NCBI GenBank assembly: GCA_965214705.1
Contig: CBDCCI010000002.1
Span: 640,001 to 704,000 of the forward strand
Length of the DNA: 64,000 nt
Source: Alphaproteobacteria bacterium
Lineage (GTDB): Bacteria; Pseudomonadota; Alphaproteobacteria; UBA828
Direction: 5' to 3'
Of the stretch, positions 57,906-64,000 are shown one piece after another. The first letter of the stretch is position 1; each line of letters begins with the position of its first letter. The position numbers and the translations under genes were made by a program. The notes under the pieces were generated by a model that had not been told where the DNA came from, did not search any database, and saw only the letters and a program-made list of their open reading frames with translations.

Positions 57906-59942
57906 CTATCGCGTGGATCGGGGCCAGAACGGTAAGCGACGGCGCGGCGTGGCGAGGTTCCGATCCAGGAAACTCTCGACCGCCTGCAAGTCCAGCACGA
58001 ATTCGGCCGCGCGGCTCTCATGCTCGTGCAGCATGTAGGTCGGAAGGTCTCGCCACTCGAAATCCGGGTGCCCGAAACTGTTGGCCCCCACGCGGACCCA
58101 GATCCTGTCTCCTTCGGCGTACCAGCCCTCGGTGTCTGGAGGCGGGCGCATGGAACGCCGGCGAGCACCATCCAGGAGACTGCCAAGCTGTTCGCGGAGG
58201 GCGTCGTACCGGGTTGATGCGTATGTCTCCCAAGCTATCGGCTTCGCCCATACGGCATCATGCCCGCATTCAGCCAGGAGGCCGGAAAGGACCTCCGAAG
58301 AAAGCAGGAGCCAATCGTCCGCGTCCGTGTCGAGGAGCTCCAAGACTCCCCGCAAGTAGCGCCGGTAGAGATGCGTATTGGGATCAATCGAGGACAGACG
58401 GTCGGACATGGCGATACGGCCGCCTTCGTCCTCGCTCGGAAGCGAGGCCGAGCTGTAGACGAGCAGGCACCGCTTCGCGACCTCGTCGGGGAAGCCGCCC
58501 ATCCTGGCATTCATCGACATGATCGTGCATGGGGCCTCGTCGTGCGGTGTCAGCGTCTCGTCCTTGATGTACTCCGGAGCGTGATCGCGGAACCGTCGCC
58601 AGCCCACGTCGTCGAAGAAGGCAGGCATGCGCCGATACGACGCATCGATCCCGCGCAGGGTCTGGGCCGTCAGCCGGGAGCGGGTGGCGCCCTGGAAGTC
58701 GTCGCCAAACATGAACCTGCCGACGATCTCCACGAGTTGCGTCTTGCCCGAATTCGACTTGCCGTAGACGATCCCCACCTTGGGGAACCGGATGACATCG
58801 CGGCCCTCGAGCGCAGCCCGGCGGCGCAGCGTGCACATCAGGGGCGAGAAGAACATCCAGCACAGGAAGACGAAGTAGTCGCGTTGTAACTTGTCGACGC
58901 GTCCGCGAAACGCTGTGCGATAGGCGTCCCAGAAGGCAACCAAGGATGCGGCGTCTTCGCGTACGCTGTCTTCCGCGCTGTCCAGCGGCCACGGCGATCC
59001 GCACACGGTCGCCTCACGCGACGCCGTGTCCAAGGAGAATGTCGGATGGGTGGGGTCCAGTCGCCGGGTCTGGCGCCGGATGAGCCCGGAGAAGCGTTTT
59101 CGTATCGTCCCGTCGAGTTTGAGCGTCGCCTTTCCAGTGCCCCGCGTCTCCTTCGGCAGCGCCGGCAACACCACGTCATAGAGCTTCTCCACCCGACGGC
59201 CGCGCTCCAGGGAGTCGTCCGTCTCCGCCGGCTGAGCAAGCTGTACGACCTGCGTACCGCGCCCCGGAGCCAGCACCGGCGCTGCCTCTGGCGGCACTTC
59301 CTGGGCCGGATCGAGCCTATCCTCGGCAAGGCTCGCGATCGGCACTTCGGCGGAGGCATGGTCCCGAACCTCAAGATACTGGCCTTCGAAATGCTCCCAG
59401 GCGCGATCGTCGCGAAACCGGATGAGCACCTCGTGCTGGTCGCCGAGCAACGCCGATGTCGAGAAGTTGGCGGAGCCCGTCAGCACGCAGCGATCGCCGT
59501 CCGGCCCCTCCGACAGAAGGAATATCTTCGCGTGCGAGACATGGCCTTCCACCACCCGAACCTGCAGGCGGCCTTCCCGGACGCGCAGGAGCACTTCATC
59601 GCGGCGCTGCGCGGACAGGCTGCGGAGGGCGCTGCGGATATCCTCCATCTGGGCAGTCTGCAGGGCGATGATCGCGGCCATGTCGTTCACGACCCGCGAA
59701 TAGCCGAGCACACACTCGACACGCGCTTCCTCGAACCGCTCAAGAACGGTGTTCAGCATCTGCGTGCTCGAAGAGTAGGTGAGGATCCGGATGCGGCGAT
59801 ATCGCCCGAATTCATCGAGATCGAATTCGCCCACCCCGGTCGCCTCGGCATCGAGAACCTGCGTTCGAGCCCACGCCGCATCGGATGGAAACAGCCCGGG
59901 AGCGATGGCGCGCGGAGCGCCTGAAGGGCCTTGGCGGTTCAT
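57906..59942 (-). CDS. PLD-family nuclease fused to P-loop ATPase
   Basis: HAKIFLLS...TGSANFS; Walker A GKSNSGKT; Walker B-like AFFDD. Confidence 0.8.
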   Translation of the reverse strand: MNRQGPSGAPRAIAPGLFPSDAAWARTQVLDAEATGVGEFDLDEFGRYRRIRILTYSSSTQMLNTVLERFEEARVECVLGYSRVVNDMAAIIALQTAQMEDIRSALRSLSAQRRDEVLLRVREGRLQVRVVEGHVSHAKIFLLSEGPDGDRCVLTGSANFSTSALLGDQHEVLIRFRDDRAWEHFEGQYLEVRDHASAEVPIASLAEDRLDPAQEVPPEAAPVLAPGRGTQVVQLAQPAETDDSLERGRRVEKLYDVVLPALPKETRGTGKATLKLDGTIRKRFSGLIRRQTRRLDPTHPTFSLDTASREATVCGSPWPLDSAEDSVREDAASLVAFWDAYRTAFRGRVDKLQRDYFVFLCWMFFSPLMCTLRRRAALEGRDVIRFPKVGIVYGKSNSGKTQLVEIVGRFMFGDDFQGATRSRLTAQTLRGIDASYRRMPAFFDDVGWRRFRDHAPEYIKDETLTPHDEAPCTIMSMNARMGGFPDEVAKRCLLVYSSASLPSEDEGGRIAMSDRLSSIDPNTHLYRRYLRGVLELLDTDADDWLLLSSEVLSGLLAECGHDAVWAKPIAWETYASTRYDALREQLGSLLDGARRRSMRPPPDTEGWYAEGDRIWVRVGANSFGHPDFEWRDLPTYMLHEHESRAAEFVLDLQAVESFLDRNLATPRRRLPFWPRSTR

Positions 59943-60170
59943 CGTTCCCGAACCTTCCTCATCGCCTATCAGACGCCTGGAAGATATCCCTCAACACCAG
60001 CGGGTGCGAGCGAACCTCGACCAAGGCGACCCGTCCACCAGCCGATACAGGACAGGAAGCCGGCATCGAGGGTACCGTCGCCCTTGTTGGCGGAACGGGG
60101 CGCGGTGAGCAAGACCCCCCAGGCTGGGGCCGGGAAGGGATGATCTCGTTGCCGTCCGGTCGCGGACGGG

Positions 60171-63100
60171 CTACATGCGCATGCTTCTGACCTGATACCG
60201 CCCCTTGCGCCGCTGCCGGGCGGCCTTGCGCGCCTCTCTCCGCTCGATCTGGCGCCTGTGCAGCTCGCGCAGCTCCTCCGGATCGTCGCCCTTGCGCTCG
60301 GGCACAAGGGCCTCCGCCATCTGGCGGTCGTCGTCGGCCAGCACCTTGCGCGCGACCGTGAGCGTGGATTGGAGGCCGAGGAGCGTCGGGCTCTGCAGGT
60401 GGATGCCGTAGCGCATCCGGTCGGCGAGGACGCGTTCCGCGGCTTCTACCGCCTTCTCGGTGTCCCGCCGCCACGGATCGTAGGCCTTGCGGTCCAGGAA
60501 GGCCTGCTCGTCCCGCGACCGCCCGGAGTCCGGAACCTCTCGGCGGTCGGCCAGCCGGGCCGCCAGGGCAGCGCCGCGGTCCACGATGCGGTCACGCGCT
60601 CTCTCTGCCGCGCCCAGCGAGCGGATCACGCGGTCGATTTCCGAGCGGACCTCTTCGGGCATGTACGGATCGTCGCGGGCGGCAGTCTTCAACTCACTGC
60701 GTAGCAAGTGGTAGTCGCCGGTGTAGATGACGTGGACGCCCTGCTTCTCCGCACGGTCCACCTGCCGGTTCCATTCCTCCCTAAGCGCCCGCCAGTGTTC
60801 GAGCGAGGCCTGCGTCCCGGCTTCGATCCTCACCTGCTGTTCGCTCTCCGACAGACGCCCGTCCCAGTCGTGGATGCGGCGCAGCCGCCAGAGCAGCCTG
60901 CCTGCCCGCGTGTCCTCGTCGTCGGCGGCCGGCGCCGGGTCCGGTTGCACTACCGCGCCGGCGTTCGCCGCGAACCTGAGGTGGTCCAGCTCTCGGCTCA
61001 GCCGTCGCCGTTCGCGCGCCTCCCGCCGGGCCTCCGTCAGCGCCTCGTCGTCCTCGCGGATGGCCTCACCGAGACCGGAGACCCGGTCCTCTGCGAGCCT
61101 CCGGAGCGAGGAGACGCGGTCGAGATGGGGAGTGCATATGCGGTCGGCGAGGATCGCCTTGCCCTCCCGCAGCAGGCGGTCGGCCGTTTCTCGCCACTTG
61201 CCGTAATCCGGGGTTTGCGTGATCGTCACGCCGCGCTCGTTTGCCGCCTCTTCGAGAGCGGCCCGCCGGTTCCCGTGCCGCCCGGTGGCATCGAGGAAGT
61301 CCTCGACCCGCTTGCATGCCGCGACCTGGCGCGCGCGGCTTTCCAGCAAGGGGACCAGAGACTCCCGCCTGTCGGCCGGGACGTCCGGGTTCTCCGAGAG
61401 CTCCCGGATGCGCGGGATCAGCGCGGCATAGCCTTCGGTGTAGAAGGCGATCGTGCCCGACTGCCGGGCACGATCGATCAGCGCGTTCCACTCCCCTATC
61501 ACCGGCTCCCAGGCGGAGAGCCAGTCAGGCTTCGTCGGTTCCGGGGCAGGCGGCGCCAATTCCTCGGGCGCCTCCCACGCCTCGGCATGTTCCCTTTCCG
61601 TCGGCGGCGGGACGGAGTCGAACCAGTCGGGCGGTACGAGGGATGCCGCCTCGACAGCCTCCATGTGCGCGATCCGCACGTCCTCGCGTGTCTCCGTCCG
61701 GGACACCTGGCTTTCGGTCTCCCGCCGCGTGCGGTGGACTTGCCGCATGGTCGCGGCACGACGGTGGCGGCGGGCCCGCTCGTGCAGCGCCTCGAATTCT
61801 TCGAGGTCGCCGCGCCCGATGCGGGCACGCTCGGCCAGCAGGGAAGCGAAGGCCTCCGGGCGCACCTGGAAGGGCTCGGCCTGCTTGAGCAGCGCCGCAT
61901 GCCGGTCGAGAGTCTCGCGATAGGTATCGCTCAACGCCACCAAATCGCCCTCGGCGCGGCTCCTCTCGCGCAGCTCGTCCCACGCCGCCACCACCTCCTG
62001 CCTGCCGGCGGCAAAGGCGTCCACCGCGGCGCCGTGGCGCCAGGCGAAGGCGGTGCGCTGCACGTCACGCGCGATGCGTGTCAATGCGTTGTCGTTCGCG
62101 GCCGTCCTCGACCCTTCCATATGGGTGTCGCCGGCGCCCCTTTGTCGTCCCATACCGGCGGCGTGCCCACGCTCCCGGGCGCCCTCGGCGAGCTCTTCCC
62201 TCGCGCTGTCCCCCATGTAGTCGAGCGCCGCCTCCTTGGGCGCCGACCGCGACCAGCGTTCCGCCAGGTGCGCGCGGATCTCGGCGTCCATGACCGGCGC
62301 GTCGCGATCGCTGTCGGCCCGCCGGTCGGCCACGTCGAGAGCCAGCGGCACGCGGTTGACGTAGACGTCGATCGCCTCGCGGTGGCGCGTCGCGGCCGGG
62401 TAAATGGTCTCCCGCGCCGGCCGGTCGTCCGCCAGCAGGAAGGTGCGGTCCACGGTCAACCCCTGGGCGGCGGTGATGGTGAATGCATAGCCGTGGTCGA
62501 GACGGACGTTGCCGTACCAGTCGCGGATCTCGTCGTGCCGGAATTGCACCTCTCGCCCGTCGTCGGTGCGGGCCGAAACGAGCACCGGGGGTTCGTGCCC
62601 CGGCTCTCCCGGTTCCGGGCCTTCCGGACCCTGACCCTCCGGCCCGGTCCCGGCCCTGTGACGTTCGACCCGCAAGTCCTCCACTGTGACGACGGTACCG
62701 TTGAAGAGCTGCTTCTCCCAGTGGGTGGCGCCGATCCTGAGGCGGTCGCCGACCGCGATCTCCAGCGGAGACGCCGTGCGGTCGTCCTCGGTGCCCCGGC
62801 TCACCATGACGGTGGCGCGCTTGACGTCCTTCACGTTCTGCCGGGCGAATCTCCTCTCGCGCATCAGGTGCGACAGCACCCGCACTTCGGCGCGGGTGCG
62901 CGCCAGCACCACGGCGCTCTTGTCGGGGTGCTGCTTGGCGTAGCGGTCCCACTCATCCACCAGGGCGGCGAGCGTCCGCTCTTCGTCGTATCCGAGATGG
63001 AACCTGCCCCGCTCGTGCCAAGCCCGGATCGCCGTTTCAGCGTCCCCGTCTCTCAGCGCCTCGGACACCTTGATCTGCCAGGGCGTGAACGCGGGCTTCT

Positions 63101-64000
63101 CCGCCATCGCCACGTATTCACTTAGGATGCGCTTGCGTTCGTCGTCTGCCATCAGCCCGCCCCGGAAGCGCGCCGCCGACGGGGTCTCGCCGTGTACATG
63201 GACCAGGATGTCCTCGAGGTCCGGCTTCTGGCGCCTGATCCGGTCGACGCGGACGCTGCCCACCGCGTCCCGGATCAGCCGCAAGCCCGGCCCCGCCTCC
63301 AACGGCTGCTGCTGGCGGGTGTCGCCCGCGAACACCACGCTCGCCCCGTGGCGCTCTGCCAGCCGCAGGACGTGATGCGCCTGCCTCGTCGACAGCATCC
63401 CCACCTCGTCCACCACTATGACGGTGTTCTCGTCGATCTCTACGCTGCTCTTGGCAGCGAGCTTCAGCAGCTTATCCACGCAGAAGGGGCGGGCATCGAG
63501 GTCGTTGCCGAGCGCCACCGCCGTCCGCCAGGCCACCGCGGTGGCGATCACCGTCCCCCCGTGCTCGCGGCGGAGATCGGCGATGGGCCGTAGCGTCGTG
63601 GTCTTGCCCGAGCCCGCTGCGCCCTCCACGATCGCCACCCGTCCCCCGGAGCCCGTCACCGAGCGGATCGCCGCGGTCTGCTCGTCGCTCAGCGGATAGC
63701 CTTGTTCCTTGAGCGATGCGATCTTCTCCTCGATCGCTTGGGCGGGGAGCGCATGACCGGTCTCCGCCGCCATGCCCGTTGCCATCTCGCGCAGCGCCTG
63801 CTCCATCTCCAGCGTGCGCCCGGTGGTGTAGAGCCTGGTGTGCGCCATATCCGCCCGGCCCTCGGCCGAGCGGGGGATGCGCGTCAGCCGCACCACCTCC
63901 GGATGCCGCAACACCCGCTCGATGGCGGTGGCCACCGCGTCCCGGCCCATCAGCCCGGCGGTGGCGTTGCCCACCCGCTCCACGATGTCCGGAAGCCGGA
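60171..64000 (-). CDS. traA: TraA-type conjugative relaxase-helicase (5' part outside window)
   Basis: GAAGSGKTT, VDEVGM, GDTRQQ, HGYAFTITAAQGLTVD, TRHRE; long helical tail. Confidence 0.85.
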   Translation of the reverse strand, partial: RLPDIVERVGNATAGLMGRDAVATAIERVLRHPEVVRLTRIPRSAEGRADMAHTRLYTTGRTLEMEQALREMATGMAAETGHALPAQAIEEKIASLKEQGYPLSDEQTAAIRSVTGSGGRVAIVEGAAGSGKTTTLRPIADLRREHGGTVIATAVAWRTAVALGNDLDARPFCVDKLLKLAAKSSVEIDENTVIVVDEVGMLSTRQAHHVLRLAERHGASVVFAGDTRQQQPLEAGPGLRLIRDAVGSVRVDRIRRQKPDLEDILVHVHGETPSAARFRGGLMADDERKRILSEYVAMAEKPAFTPWQIKVSEALRDGDAETAIRAWHERGRFHLGYDEERTLAALVDEWDRYAKQHPDKSAVVLARTRAEVRVLSHLMRERRFARQNVKDVKRATVMVSRGTEDDRTASPLEIAVGDRLRIGATHWEKQLFNGTVVTVEDLRVERHRAGTGPEGQGPEGPEPGEPGHEPPVLVSARTDDGREVQFRHDEIRDWYGNVRLDHGYAFTITAAQGLTVDRTFLLADDRPARETIYPAATRHREAIDVYVNRVPLALDVADRRADSDRDAPVMDAEIRAHLAERWSRSAPKEAALDYMGDSAREELAEGARERGHAAGMGRQRGAGDTHMEGSRTAANDNALTRIARDVQRTAFAWRHGAAVDAFAAGRQEVVAAWDELRERSRAEGDLVALSDTYRETLDRHAALLKQAEPFQVRPEAFASLLAERARIGRGDLEEFEALHERARRHRRAATMRQVHRTRRETESQVSRTETREDVRIAHMEAVEAASLVPPDWFDSVPPPTEREHAEAWEAPEELAPPAPEPTKPDWLSAWEPVIGEWNALIDRARQSGTIAFYTEGYAALIPRIRELSENPDVPADRRESLVPLLESRARQVAACKRVEDFLDATGRHGNRRAALEEAANERGVTITQTPDYGKWRETADRLLREGKAILADRICTPHLDRVSSLRRLAEDRVSGLGEAIREDDEALTEARREARERRRLSRELDHLRFAANAGAVVQPDPAPAADDEDTRAGRLLWRLRRIHDWDGRLSESEQQVRIEAGTQASLEHWRALREEWNRQVDRAEKQGVHVIYTGDYHLLRSELKTAARDDPYMPEEVRSEIDRVIRSLGAAERARDRIVDRGAALAARLADRREVPDSGRSRDEQAFLDRKAYDPWRRDTEKAVEAAERVLADRMRYGIHLQSPTLLGLQSTLTVARKVLADDDRQMAEALVPERKGDDPEELRELHRRQIERREARKAARQRRKGRYQVRSMRM

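Overview
High-GC alphaproteobacterial chromosomal window. Left part (1-20.7 kb): mostly housekeeping and metabolic genes (GATase, MetE-like, SDR, xth, SBP plus amidase, leuB, asd) interrupted by two AT-richer islets: a repeat-flanked hypothetical+PIN gene pair with an IS, and an Abi-alpha-like gene split by a MITE. Centre: a complete rrn operon (16S, tRNA-Ile, tRNA-Ala, 23S, 5S, tRNA-fMet). From the tRNA-fMet to the window end lies a mosaic island. It holds gene fragments, a Cre-like tyrosine recombinase enclosed by inverted lox-like sites next to a 2011-aa repeat adhesin/autotransporter (best candidate novel system: a Hin-like promoter inversion switch), a frameshifted FseA-like regulator, and a defence block (RelE-type TA, FRG protein, type III R-M, PLD-nuclease/ATPase) bracketed by two copies of a TraA 3' end. 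The type III res gene is broken by a DUF4338-ISAs1 element and by a nested IS91-like[IS110[IS66]] insertion whose junctions can be resolved to within a few bases. The IS110 non-coding end carries candidate bridge-RNA guides matching its own junction and target. All family calls come from motif recognition by eye, not database searches.
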